A DNA stretch of 64,000 nt from Octopus vulgaris. Lineage: Eukaryota. The notes under the pieces were generated by a model. The model saw only the letters and a list, made by a program, of their open reading frames with translations, had not been told where the DNA came from and made no database searches. Position numbers and translations under genes: made by a program. Within the stretch, counting starts at the first letter, position 1. Every line of letters starts with the position of its first letter. Below, one piece after another: positions 27,040-40,020 of this stretch. Where the stretch lies: contig OX597817.1 of the NCBI GenBank assembly GCA_951406725.2, forward strand, positions 137,268,001-137,332,000, read 5' to 3'.

Positions 27040-27530
27040 GAGTGAGAGAGCAGTTCATGCCATCAAAGTGACACTGGGGTAAAATATACGAAGCCCAATA
27101 TACCCATCATGACTACCCGTCTGATAAAGGTACACCAGGCACATGCATCACAACCATATGTGCGCGACATGGTGATCTCATATCAAGATAAACAGCACAT
27201 GACCTTGCAGGTGGGGCCCAGTTTGAATTTTCTTCAGGTTGAGTAGCCCATCCCGCTCAAACGGTCCCCGAATAAGGGTTGTTTAAGGATGTTGAAAGAA
27301 CCACCCATGTTTCCAGAGGTGAACTATTCAAACCCCAAAGCATCCCTCTCAACACATGGCTATGATGCTCCCCCACTACTTCTGCTCGTGATCAGAGATG
27401 CACATATCGTCAGCCACTAGGGGACATGCTCAACTGGTTAAGGTCAAACAACTGACAAGCAAATCTGTGGTATTGAGCAGAATATTTGCTGTAGCCCATC
27501 TTTTATACCAAGACAAAACAATGTACATGA
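27040..27530. mobile_element. ~500-bp interspersed element in (ATT)n, copy 1
   Basis: Reverse complement of 28888-29382; deleted copy at 43053-43183. Confidence 0.75.
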
Positions 27531-27619
27531 TTATTATTATGATTATTATTATTATTATATATTATTGTTGTTATTATTATTATTTTATCATCCTCATCAC
27601 CACCACCACCACCACCACG

Positions 27620-27663
<44 letters not shown>

Positions 27664-28125
27664 TTATTTATTTATTTATCCAGTTATACAATTTTTTTCT
27701 CTATGTATATTTAGGAAATTCGGTTATCTACCAAAACAACAATAAACCACTTTCTCTACTTTCCTAATCTATTTTTCCTGTCTCTCTCCCCCCTCCACTT
27801 TTCTTTCTCTATTTTCATCGATACTTTACTCTTCAGCTTATTTTTCTATAACTTGCAGCATTCATCCCTTTCACTCCTCTCCCCTCCCCTCTACCTTCTC
27901 CACCATTTATCAGGCATTCTTCACAATGCCGACTCAATACTTCCCTCGGTGTGTCGACCATTTATTTCTATAATATATTTACAACATCGAAATAGCAATG
28001 TAGACACAACAGAATTTAGCTCTGAATTCAGAGATTAACTTTTTTTCTCTAACTTTTTTCTTATTTCCGGGTTATTGCCTATATGACGATCTGGAAATTT
28101 AGTGGCACCCTCAATAATAATAATG

Positions 28126-28194
<69 letters not shown>

Positions 28195-28587
28195 TTCTAA
28201 TTGATGTATCAATACCGGCTGATGACAACGTGTCTCTAAAAGAAATGGAGAAACTCTCAAAATACAAAGACCTGGAAATAGAGGTAACTAGAATGTGGAA
28301 TCTGAAAACAGAAACAATTCCTATCATAGTAGGTGCATTAGGCTTGATAAAAAATATTCTGACAAATACATAACAAAAACACCAGGACTTACAAACACAT
28401 ATAACATACAGAAAATTGCACTACTAGGCACTGCACACATCCTACGCAGAACACTTTCCATACAATAACCATCAGAGCATCACAACAAATCACAGCACAT
28501 ACCCAAGGCACACAGAGCTGTGCTCGGTAGTGAAGTGAAAGCACGCTATAAAAATAAAACTACTGAATAATAATAATAATAATAATA

Positions 28588-28654
<67 letters not shown>

Positions 28655-28810
28655 CGATGATGATGATGATGATAACATCCTACGCAAAGCACTTTCAATA
28701 CAGTAACCATAAAAGCATCACAGCAAACCACAGCAAATACCCAAGGCACACAGAGCTTTGCTCGGTAGTGAAGTGAAAGTATGGGATAAAAATAAAACTA
28801 CTGAATAATA
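28195..28810 (+). mobile_element. Two tandem 3' ends of an R4/Dong-like LINE (RLE plus 3' UTR)
   Basis: ILIDVSIPADDNVSLKEMEKLSKYKDLEIEV..IPIIVGALG; 3' UTR repeated at 28675-28810; both end in (AAT)n. Confidence 0.8.
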
Positions 28811-28824
28811 ATAATTATGATAAT

Positions 28825-29382
28825 GCCCTGTTGCAGTGCCAGGCACTGGCTCTCATGGCTTCTGATCTTAACTGATTAGAAATGTTATCATGTACATTGT
28901 TTTGTCTTGGTATATAAGATGGGCTACAGCAAATAGTCTGCTTAATACCACAGATTTGCTTGTCAGTTGTTTGACCTGAACCAGTTGACCATGTCCCTTA
29001 GTGGCTGACGATATATGCATCTCTGATCATGAGCAGAAGTAGTGGGGGAGCATCATAGCCATGTGTTGAGAGGGATTCTTTGGGGTTTGAATAATTCACC
29101 TCTGGAAGCATGGGTGTTTTATTCTCCATCCTTAAACGTCCCTTATTCAGAGACCTTCTGAGCGGAATGGGCTACTCGACCTGAAGAAAATTCTAACTGG
29201 GCCCCATCTGCAAGATCATGCGTTGTTTATCTTGATATGAGATCACCATGTCGTGCACATATGGTTGTGATGCATGTGCCTGGTGTACCCTTATTAGACG
29301 GGCAGTCATAATGGGTATACTGGACTTCGTATATTTTACTCCAGTGTCATTTTGATGACATGCACTGCTCTCTCGCTCACTC
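28825..29382. mobile_element. ~560-bp interspersed element in (AAT)n, copy 2 (inverted relative to copy 1)
   Basis: Aligns by eye to the reverse complement of 27040-27530. Confidence 0.75.
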
Positions 29383-29385
29383 AAA

Positions 29386-29464
<79 letters not shown>

Positions 29465-29629
29465 GGATGAGGAGGAGGAGGAGGAGGAGGAGGAGGGCAT
29501 TTTTCATTCTATTTGGTTACCTTGCAGGACGCAAACACATAACCTGTCAAAGGACGGATGAACTCTGGAGAGTTGACGGCCATCCAAAGAATATTTCTTT
29601 ATTCGCATTGCTGCCGACAACGCCATACC

Positions 29630-29860
29630 CAGGCGACGAGTTGCCAGAATCGTTAGCACGCTGGTCAAAAGGCTTAGCAGCATTGCGTTCGTCATTACGC
29701 TCTGAGTTCAAATGCAGCCGAGGTCGACTTTCCCTTTCATTCTTTCGGGGCCGATATAAAAAGTACCAGTTAATCGCTGTAGCCCTTCACCGAAATTGCT
29801 GGCCTTGTGCCAGAATTCGAAGCCAAAATTATGATGAGCACCCCAAAATAAATTTTTAAA
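29630..29860 (+). mobile_element. Nin-core SINE (further copies near 32565+, 40545+, 43420-, 55925-, 60950-)
   Basis: gagttcaaat..ccgaggtcgactttccctttcattctttcggggccgat..aagtaccag. Confidence 0.75.
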
Positions 29861-30597
29861 AAGCGACAGGGATCCCTCTTTTGGGGATAGGTCTATCACC
29901 AAGGGACGATCTCTTTAGCTTTGTCTGGCATCCCGAAAAAAGACGATATCTCAATAACAACACAGGTAGTTCTAATACCTCAGCATCACACTCCACCAGA
30001 TAACCAAAATACAATTGTTTTTTTATTTCGTTTGTAGCAGAACTCGGCAGAACTCTGGAGAGTCGTCGATAAAGTCTTGGGATGAAATGTTGAACATGAA
30101 ATCAAATGAAAATTATTCAATACCAACAAAGTAAGTAGCAAGAAGAATAGATCTTTGTGTGTTGTGCGTTTGCGTGGGTGGGTGTGTTGTGTGTGTGTGC
30201 GTTTGCGTGGGTGGGTGTGTAGTGTGTGTATGTGTGTGTGCGTGTATGTATTTTGAGTGCTTTCTCTGTGTGTGCATGTGCGTTTTTTGTGTGTGGATGT
30301 GCGTCTGAGTGTTTTGTGTGTGTGTGTGCGTGTGTGTTTTGTGTGTATATTTTGTTTGTGTGTGTGTGTATTGGCGAGCTTTTGTTTATAAGGGGAAAAT
30401 GTGCATTTTGTAAAGTTTGCGTACTTTACATTAAGAGCCGAAGACTGTGTCTTGTGAGCGTGAGGTTTCCTTTGCCGATTATTGCAGTGTTAATGTTTGG
30501 TAATTTTATTGTGAAATGCGAAGGAATAAATCCTTGTAAAAGTGAAATAGGTAGAGTAAATAAGACTAATACAGTTCCAGATTTAAGAGATGAGGAA

Positions 30598-30873
30598 TTA
30601 TGTATATTATTTACATTATTTACGTTTGACGGATATTTGTCCTCATCTCGTTTTTTGTTAACACAACATTTCAGCTGATATACCCTCCAGCCTTCATCAG
30701 GTGTCTTGGGGAAATTTCGAATTTAGATTCTCATTCCTAAGGTATTTTTCGATGTTGTTGTTGTTATTATTATTATTATTATCATTATTATTATTATTAT
30801 TCGGGCATATGGCGTAGTGGTTAAGGGTGCGGGCTACTAATCCCAAGATTTCGAGTTCGATTCCAGGCAGTGA

Positions 30874-30943
<70 letters not shown>

Positions 30944-31099
30944 TATAATAGCATCGAAAAATACCATAGGAATGAGAGCCCAGGTTCGAAATTGCCCCAA
31001 GACACCTGATGAAGGCTGGAGAGTATATCAGCCGAAACGTTGTGTTAACAACAAACAAGATGAGGACAAATATCTGTCAAATGTAAATAATGTAAATAA
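30598..31099 (+). mobile_element. Composite element: inverted tail copy, tRNA-like head (30803-30876), (AAT)n, HHR-containing tail
   Basis: Head tggcgtagtggtt / gagttcgattcc; ~30607-30805 is the reverse complement of ~30874-31099. Confidence 0.75.
31002..31045 (+). ncRNA. Minimal type I hammerhead ribozyme
   Basis: acac CUGAUGA a ggctg-gagagtatat-cagcc GAAAC GUU gtgt; palindrome AACGTT; mutated antisense copy at 30661-30704. Confidence 0.7.
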
Positions 31100-32319
31100 G
31101 TGTAATTTAGAGTTCACTATTTTTAGTATTAAGTATTATCCTCCACCGAGAAATAACAGTTCCTCAGTTATCGGCGTGTTCGATGAGAGAGATAAGTGAT
31201 ACCTTTGTAAACTTCCGCAATTTGATATGTAAATGCTTTGAGCGTCGCGTCTTTAAATTTCTTATTGCAAAATCTTTACAATTCGTTTGAAGTTTTATTG
31301 CGATAAGTAATTCTAACATTAATATTGTTGTGCATATTAGGAAGGCTTTACCATTCATTATCTGACAAATCAAACGTGATTAAAGGACTAGATATCTTTT
31401 TAATGTAGCCTTGGGTTTGTACGTGGAGGCTGGGGTTTATGAATCAATAGGATTATAAGAAATTTTGTTAAGTAAAACAAGATTTAGTCCAGGCGCATAC
31501 AGTTTCAATAATAAACTTGGTAACATAAATTTCCACCATCCCTCGATAATCCCCAGAATGTTTATTAATTGTATTTGTAATCTCATTGGTAGGGGAGCTC
31601 CGAAAGGGGTCTCAGGGAGGAGAGTCGCTGCCTTCCTGAGCTAGTTTTCCACCACATTTCTTAAAAATCGTGGTAGAGGCCTTGATCCGCGGGTCTATTC
31701 ATGTCCAGAAACTGAGGTTGGGGGTATGCTCCCCGTAAAAAAAAATCCAGCTCCAAAAAGCCTCACAGTAGCAAGAGAGAATGGGCACCAGCCAACCAGC
31801 CAGCCCAAAGGTTGGGGTGAGCTGCACCTGCCTGCCTCAGTTGCTATGGCATCAAGGTAGATCCGGCTAACCCCGTTAATGGGGACAAAACCCGGATTTA
31901 AAACACTGGATGATGATAATGATGATGATGATATCCAGCTTATCCTCTAAGACGGTCCTCTTTAACAGCGATGCCTATCCCTTCAATGACATTCTCAGTG
32001 CACACTATCTGAGAATGTAAAAACATGATGTAACTTAAATGACCGTTCCAACATTGGCGGGGTATTTCTAAAACTTATAAATATTTCCTAGTATTCCTAA
32101 GATAAATACCATTCTATCTTTAACGGATATGATATTATGGTGAGCTATTGTTCTACTTAAAACTTCGCAGCTGCCATAGTTAGGACACACGGTAGAAAAC
32201 TGCTTAGTACACACACAAATGTCTTTTCTTGTATATGAAAACCCTATTATTTGCTTCTGAAAATGTGATTGATAATTTCGACGTTGTTGTTTTCCAACAC
32301 AAAGCTCTTTCACGGTCGG

Positions 32320-32560
32320 GTTATGTGTAATAATACCTCTGCTTCTGAGCCGTTCCAAGCACCGCAGCCATTTGTGAAGTCTCTAATATGCATATCTGGT
32401 ATGTCTATGATCTCAGGTATTGCATCTAAATTCTTTGAAATTATTCTGAGTGCACTGACAACAAAAAGGACCATTTTGACTGTTTTTTTATGAAATATTC
32501 GTACCTGGTTCGCCAAGTCCTGGTGTTTTTGTTCTTTCACTCACTCGGTGATTTCAACAT
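32320..32560 (-). mobile_element. Degenerate RLE 3' fragment of a LINE
   Basis: KEQKHQDLANQV..KTVKMVLFVVSALRIISKNL resembles the K.EKY.DL..VP.VVGALG RLE tail. Confidence 0.55.
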
Positions 32561-33154
32561 TTTCGTCAGCGAGAACAGCGACCCATTCATATGTTCAAAT
32601 TCCGCCGAGGTTGACTTTGCCTTTCGACCTTTTCGGAGTCGATAAATTAAGTGCCAGTGGATTACTGGGGTCAATGTAATCTACTAGTCCTTTCCCACTA
32701 TATTTGAGGCCTTTTCCTGTAATAGAAAGGATTATTATTATTATCATTAAAGCGAAACACCGGCAAAATGTCCTGGCATTTGCTTATCATCCGTGTCTAT
32801 TTTCTCAGCATCTCTTTAAATTCCGAATTCCGATTACACTAACTTTGCATTTCATCTGCCACCCCTACAATCCCACATACCCCTCCAAGCAGGTGCTAGA
32901 ATATCGATTAGTCACTTCTTTGAACCTTACATCCACTCTTCTGCATTTAATGACGGTTTATCTCGTAAATTTAAGTAGAATTACTTTAATAAATATTATG
33001 ATTAAACCGTAACACAGGGTGCAAAAATTGATTACGTAACTACCAGTTATACCAGAGTCATTGCTCAAGAACTTGGGTTAGAATTTCAACAGGTTCTTGT
33101 TTCACCAATTGTTTTACGCAAACACATTGCTATTCAATTATAACAGTTGTCTTT

Positions 33155-33408
33155 GTCCTTCGCTACACACTATGATATGATATGACATATGATATGCCTT
33201 TCACTACACAATATGACACGATATGCCCTTCACTACACAGTATGATATGATATGCCCTTCACTTCCGAATATGTTGATATGCACTTCACTACACGATATG
33301 ATATGTTATGCCCTTCACTACAGAATACGATGATATGCACTTCACTACACGATATGATATGCCCCTGATTACATGATATTATATGATGTGCCTTTCGCTA
33401 CACAATAT
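33155..33408. repeat. ~28-bp minisatellite, about 9 units
   Basis: Unit approx. atatgcccttcactacacaatatgatatg. Confidence 0.8.
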
Positions 33409-33475
33409 TGTAATGTGTTATCTAATTATGGTGGTGTTTCATATTATAATGGACTTTTATCTTTTATTTCCTCAG

Positions 33476-33544
33476 GAAAGATGGAATAACTACAAATATG
33501 CCTTTGTGGCAGATTCTTGCAACAGAATATATAGATGACATCAA
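33476..33544 (+). CDS. Internal exon of gene B (KDGITTNMPLWQILATEYIDDI)
   Basis: cttttatttcctcag| and |gtaagt; 69 nt; only one open frame, phase 2-2; joins exon 50646 in frame (AA|G). Confidence 0.7.
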
Positions 33545-33642
33545 GTAAGTTAAGGTTTATTTCATTTCATTTTTTCATTTCATCTAGTTTCAGCTCACGA
33601 GCTGTGGCCATGCTGGGGTACCGCCATTAGAAAAAGATCATA

Positions 33643-33728
33643 CGCCCGCAGAGGCACTCGAACCCACGACCCTCAGATTACTTCTCAGGTTGACCTATAA
33701 AAGTCTGATGCTCTACCGACTGAGCTAT
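33643..33728 (-). pseudogene. tRNA-Lys(UUU)-like sequence with a 19-nt intron; 5' acceptor strand missing
   Basis: ATAGCTCAGTCGGTAGAGCATCAGACTTTTA[taggtcaacctgagaagta]ATCTGAGGGTCGTGGGTTCGAGTGCCTCTGCGGGCG. Confidence 0.75.
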
Positions 33729-33851
<123 letters not shown>

Positions 33852-33869
33852 TATAAAAAAAATAATAAT

Positions 33870-35170
33870 AGGAGAAAAAAAATGACAGAAAAAATTTAAG
33901 GTAGAGTACTTGCGCAGACTGAGGCTGATACTCTGATCCTTAAGTCAAAATTAAATGGAGGGAATAAGATCGAAGCTATCAACACCTGGGCAGTTTGACC
34001 CCTTAGATATGGAGCAGGGGTAATCGCATAGACAGTAGACGAACTAAATAGCTTAGACCAAAAGACAAGGTGAGTTGCTAACTAGATATGGGTCACTCCA
34101 CTCAAAAAGAGACGCAGACAGACTGTATGTACCAAGAAAAGAGGGAGAAGAGTACTTATTGGATACGAACTAAGCATTAGAGCAGAAGAAAACAACATAG
34201 CATGGTATGTAAAAAATGTCACAGAACCGTTATTATTAGAAGTAGGAAGGTCAGGCTTGTTAAGGATGAAAGATTGCAAAGATAAAGCACTATACAAGAA
34301 ATTGAAAACGAATGAAACTGAAAATAGATGGGTAAAGAAAAAATGCATAGTCAATTTCATAGGGATGTTGAAGATAAGACAGACTGAGGAAAAAGATGGC
34401 TAGGGATGACTAAAAGTGATTTAAACCCGGAATCGGAGGCTCTAATCTGTGTTGCCCGAGAGCAAGCACTAAGAACAAACTACATAAAATACAGAATAAA
34501 CAACACAGCAGAAAGCGATAAGTGCAGAATCTGTGGACAAAACGGTGAAACCGTATGGCATACTACCAGCCAATGTACTTCACTAGCCCAGAAGGGATAT
34601 AAGAGACGCCACGACAATATAGCCAGACTTGTCCATTGGACACTTTGCAAGAAGTATAGACTTGACAGAGCAAACAATTGGTACGACCACAAACCCGAAG
34701 GCATCGTCGAAAATAGAAATGCAAAGATCCTATAGGATTTTATGATTCATTGCGACCATGAGATAGAGAATAGGCAACCAGACATAGTGTTAATTGAGAA
34801 AGAAACAAACGATGCTGGATCGTAGATATAGCATGCCCAGCTGACAACAAGGTATGCGATAAGGAAGAAAGAAAAGTTGAGAGATATGACAGGTTAGCTT
34901 GGGAACTTAAGCAGTTGTGGTCGATGAAAAAGTAGCAGTAGTACCAATAATTGTCGGAGCCCTGGGAACAGTGAGCAAAAATCTCGAGAAGTATGTAAAA
35001 CAAATAGGGGCTGTAATAAGGGTGGATCACTTGCAGAAAACAGCACTGCTTGGAACCGCTTGAATACTCCGGAAGGTGCTCGAAAAATAAGAGGTGTTGC
35101 CTTAGTTCACTGGTAGTGAACAGCTGACACTGTAATACATCTCCAGCGCCAGAAGCTGTGCAAAGGCAAT
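33870..35170 (+). mobile_element. R4/Dong-like LINE, 3' portion (CCHC finger plus RLE), decayed
   Basis: EQALRTNY..CRICGQNGETVWHTTSQC..YKRRHD; PDIV..IVDIACP..IVGALG; follows (AAT)n and ends in (GAT)n. Confidence 0.85.
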
Positions 35171-35189
35171 AATGATGATGATGATGATG

Positions 35190-37560
35190 ATGATAAAAAG
35201 TAATCTCGTGGCAGAAAACAGAGTTGAAATCTCTAATAAACCACAGGAAAGGAACATTGACAGCTTGTTCGATGAGAGACATATTGATGCTTTGGAAGAA
35301 GACAATAAAGCTAATGGTGACATGACAGATGGGCAAAAGGCAATCTACGACAGAATAAATGCAAGGCTACAGGAGAATAATAGCGACATTATTTGCAACC
35401 TTAAAAAGGTTGATCAATGGATATTGAACCAAGAAACGAAAAATGTGAAGGAAATTCTGAAATACATCTGAACAAAGAACATCACAGAAACAAAGAATTT
35501 GATCAAGGCAGCAAGTATTGTTGTATCAGAAAATGTGGGTGTTGATGTCAAGAAAAAGAAATATAATGGGAGTGACAAAAGAAAAGATCCATGGTGGAAT
35601 AGAAGAATCCAGGCAAGGTTAGATATGTTCTCGAAGGAAATCTGTGTTAGACCGAAAAGAGAAAGGGGAGCTTAAAGGCGAACAAAAATAAAGGGCACTG
35701 AACAGGAAGTATGATATTGAAAGAAAGGGCCTGAAAGTGGCAATGGAGGAACTGAAACAGCGCCTAGTTTCAACGAAAGCAAAGATGGTAAGATACGACC
35801 AAAGAATGAAGGCATACCAGCAGAATAGGTTATTCAGAGTTAATCAGAAGAGATTCTACAAAGAAATAAATAGAGAGTGTAGAGATGAAAAGTTGATACC
35901 GGATAACATTGAAAGTCAAAGGTTTTGGAGTGACATCTGGAGGAAAGACAAGGAGCACAAGAATGATGCTGGATGGTTGTAAGAACTGAAACAAACAGTA
36001 ATCTGTCCAAAACAGGCAGAACTCATCATTTTAGTTAGGGAAGTGAAGGAAATCAGCAAAAAAATAGGCAACTGGAAGGCCCCGGGACCAGATGGAGTTC
36101 AAGTCTACTGGATCAAAAGATTCAGTGAATGTCATGTACGAATAGCTGCGCACCTCAACACCTTGTTAAATGCCAACCAAGTAACATCAGAGTGGTTGAC
36201 ATTGGGTAGGACAGTGTTGTGCTTAAAAAACATCGAAAAAGGCAATACGGTGGGCAATTACAGGCCGATATCCACTTATGTGGAAATTATTGACTGGAAT
36301 AGTCGCAGTCAATGTACGGACATCTGGAAAAAAATGGAGTCCTGCCACGTGAGCAGAAAGGTTGCAAGCATAAGTGCAGAGGTACCAAGTATTAACTCCT
36401 GGTAGACAAACTGTACATACAGACTACAAGAGAAAAAACACTAACTTAGCTATGTCATGGATCGATTATCGTAAGGCGTACGATATGATCCCACACTCTT
36501 GGATTATGGAATGTATGAACCTATTTGGTATTGCATCGAATGTTGAGCGATTGCTTGGAAAAAGTATGGCGAATTGGAGGACCACCTGACAGCATACGCA
36601 TGAAGTTTAGGGACAGTAGAAATCAGGAAAGGCATCTTCCAAGGGGACTGCCTCTGCCCACTGATCTTTTTACAATGCATCATACTACTAACACTGATTC
36701 TGAGGAAAGCAATGGCTGGTTATGTATTCAAGAGTCGACCACTTGTTATTCATGGATGACCTCAAACTTTATGGCAAAAAGGAATCCCAGGTCAGTTCCC
36801 TCGTTGATACGGTGTATACGTTCAGTGCTGATATCAGAATGGAGTTTGGACTGAATAAGTGTAGTGTGTTAGTCTTGAAGAGAGGCACAATTAAATGTAC
36901 CGACGGGTTAGCGATACGGTCAGGGGAGGCTATGAAGCAGATATAAGAGGTGGGCTATAAGTAATTTGGAATATTAGAAATAGGTAAATTGATGGAGAAA
37001 GAAATGACAAAATTTTAAAGTGGAGTACTTGCGCAGACTGAGACTGATCCTTAAGTAAAAATTAAACGGATGGAATAAGATTGAAGCTATCAACACCTGG
37101 GCGGTTTCATTCCTTAGATATGGAGCAGGAGTAATGGCATGGACGATAGTCGAACTAAACAGCTTAGACAGAAAGACAAGGAGGCTGCTGACAGATATGG
37201 GATACTCCGTTCAAATAGTGACAGACAAGCTGTATGTATCAACTAAAAATAAGTGGATAAAGAAAAGAATGCATGGACAATTTCATAGGGATGTTGAAGA
37301 TAAGACAGACAGAGAAAAACAAGATGGCTATGGATGACTAATAGTGATTTAAAACCGGAAACGGAGGCTCTAATCTGTGCTGCCCAAGAGCAAGCATTTA
37401 GAACCAATTACATCAAATACATAATAGACAACACAGCAGAAAGTGATAAGTGCAGAATTTGTGGACAAAATGGTGAAACCGTATGGCATATTACCAGCCA
37501 ATGTACGCCACTAGCCCAGAAAGAATATAAGAGATGTTATGACATCATAGCAAGAAATTG
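35190..37560 (+). mobile_element. R4/Dong-like LINE (RT plus CCHC), decayed, same family as the preceding copy
   Basis: WKAPGPDGVQVYW, YRPIS, WIDYRKAYDMIPHSW, GIFQGD, HLLFMDDLKLY, CRICGQNGETVWHITSQC. Confidence 0.9.
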
Positions 37561-37754
37561 GAATAGAGTACCCAGTAGAACTGTTACAAAAGGTTTGCCT
37601 TCTTGGCTCGGCCAGAATAATCAGGAAAGTATTAAATAGCTGAAAAGAACGGATAGCATGGTACCGTAGGCTGCAGGTAGCAAACCCACTACGCATGCAA
37701 GACTCCAATAAAACCTGTGATAAAGGGACATAATAATAATATATATTATTATTT

Positions 37755-40020
37755 CACCCTGAGACCTAGAAATACGAGGTTGGTATGTGGTGGGGTTAAG
37801 CCTGACTCATTGAAGGAGGTCCCTTCAGCCTTGGTTGGTAACCCCTCTAGAGACGGTAACTCAATAAAAAACACACCGATGAATGTTCCACCTCAACACC
37901 AAAATTCTCAGGAGTGAAAATATGAAATACAAAGATATAAGACAATGGACTGAACGATTGTACACGAGGGTAGACGTAGACTTTCGGAGCCTAGGCTAGC
38001 AATCCACCATCGTGATGGTGTCACGATAAAAATACTGGTGATTGCACAACCTTACAAATGCTACTTCTAAATGTGTGATGCAAAAATTAAATAATAACCA
38101 CAACTGTGCTAACAGGACTGGAACTGTTAACAGTGAAGATGTTGCACAGTGCAGGCAGGGAATATCTGATCAAGCTCCGGCAGGTCGTCATCAAGCTATT
38201 GATCAGGACCAAAACCACAGCCAAAAGAGTAAAAGAGTAAATAAGGAAATGGGAAAAAGAAGTAAACAAAACAGTTATAGAAAGCTGGCTGAGAAGTGAG
38301 TCAAATAAAAGAGGCTTCATGAATAGAATGAAGAGAATATGGGATGAAAAGAGAGGTTTTGAAGCATCCGCCCAGCGACTGATTGGCCAAGCAAGAGCAG
38401 TCCGAAGGAACACTGGATTACAAGTGTAGAGACTGAAGAAAATCAGAGAAACAACAAAAAAAAAAATTAGCAGAAGGAGGGTGAAACAGCAGCAGCAGAA
38501 AGCGGTAATGAAAGGGTAAGAGGTGAAGGACATGAAGCAGATGGAAACTGCAGAGTACCAGAGAATATTGATAAAGTAACTAATGAAGACGATCTCGATG
38601 GACAAATGGCATTAAGTAGTGCACAAGACTTGAATAGGAAGAGAAGGAGATTTTAGAAATGTTGCGAGGTAAAATGACTGACGGGAACAATGAAATACCC
38701 CCAAATGTAAGAGATATGGACAGAAAACAAGTAAGGAAAGCCACAGGCAAAGTAAATGACGTTTTGATCATGATTAAAACAGAAAACATAAGCGAGACAA
38801 GCCAGCTATTCATAGCTGCTGATAATGTCGTAGTTAAGCATAATAGGCTGCAAGCGAAAAGCTGAAGCTATAAAAGTAAATGAAAAGAAAGAACCAAACT
38901 GGAGGAAGAGAATACGAATGAAGCTGGAAAAGACACTGAAAGAACAGGGGCAATTGAACAGGATAATGAACGAACGGAGAGCTCAAGAATAAGGTAGTAA
39001 TCAGAAAATTGAATGGACAGTACAGGTTAGAAGAGACAAACAACAGTAAATGAAGAATTGACACAAAGGTGACAGCATTAAAGGCCAAATTAAAAAGATA
39101 CGATGCTAAATGCAAAGGTTTCAAACAGAGTAGACGATTCCAATCAAATAGAAGGCGTCTGTTCGAGGAAATAGAGGGAGGCCAACACCAGGAACTGATT
39201 TCAGAAGCGGAAGAAAGTAAAGAATTTTTGGGGAAGTCTGTGGAACAGGCCAGTGAGACGTAAAGAAACCGCGGAGTAGCTAAGAAGGGTGAAAAGACAA
39301 CTTGCAACTGTACAAAGACAAAATGACATCAGAATTAATCTACATACAGTGAGATGAAGGTTAAAAAAATAGCAAATTGGTAAGCACCAGGTCCGGATGG
39401 TCTACGAGGCTATTGGCTGAAGAATTTTACACAGTTGCATGAAAGGGTCGCTGCGCACTGAATGACTGCCTGCTGCAAGCTCACGTCCCAGCTTGGATAA
39501 CAAGTGGACGAACGCTCCTATGCCTCAAGGATCCCTTGAAAGGAAACTTAGCATTTAATTTTGGACTTATAACCTGTTTACCACTAATGTGGAAGTCTAT
39601 GATGGGTGTCTTGGCGGAAGAGTTATACAACCACCCGGAAAGTAGCAATCTACTTCCAGATGAACAGAAAGGATGCAGGAAGCAGAAGAGGGCAACCAAG
39701 GATCACTTAATAGTTGCTAAAATGATAATTAGAAATTGTAGACGGAGATTGACGGGGCTGAATATAACATGTCTAGATTACAAAAGAGCATATGACATGG
39801 GACCTCACAGTTGGATAAGTAAAACAATGAGCATGTTTGGGGTAGCAAAAATTATGGAGAAAATGCTTAATGAAAGCATGAAACATTGGAATACTGACTT
39901 CATCGGAGGAAAGCAAAAACTCGGAAAAGTGAACATCAGACGTGGAATAATCAAACGTGATAGCTTATCTCCATTGCTATTCGTACCGGCCATGACATCG
40001 CTCACTGTGAAGGAAAAATA
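37755..40020 (+). mobile_element. Second R4/Dong-like family, 5' region through RT, 3'-truncated
   Basis: APGPDG, ITCLPLMWK, EQKGCR, LDYKRAYDMGPHSW, RRGI..DSLSPLLF. Confidence 0.8.

Noticed and set aside
28825-28900. HDV-like ribozyme at the element end
   Set aside because: Could not build the nested double pseudoknot by eye
30803-30876. Functional tRNA gene (likewise 23542-23613 and the 4254 head)
   Set aside because: Acceptor and T stems do not pair properly and no Pol III terminator follows; these are repeat heads
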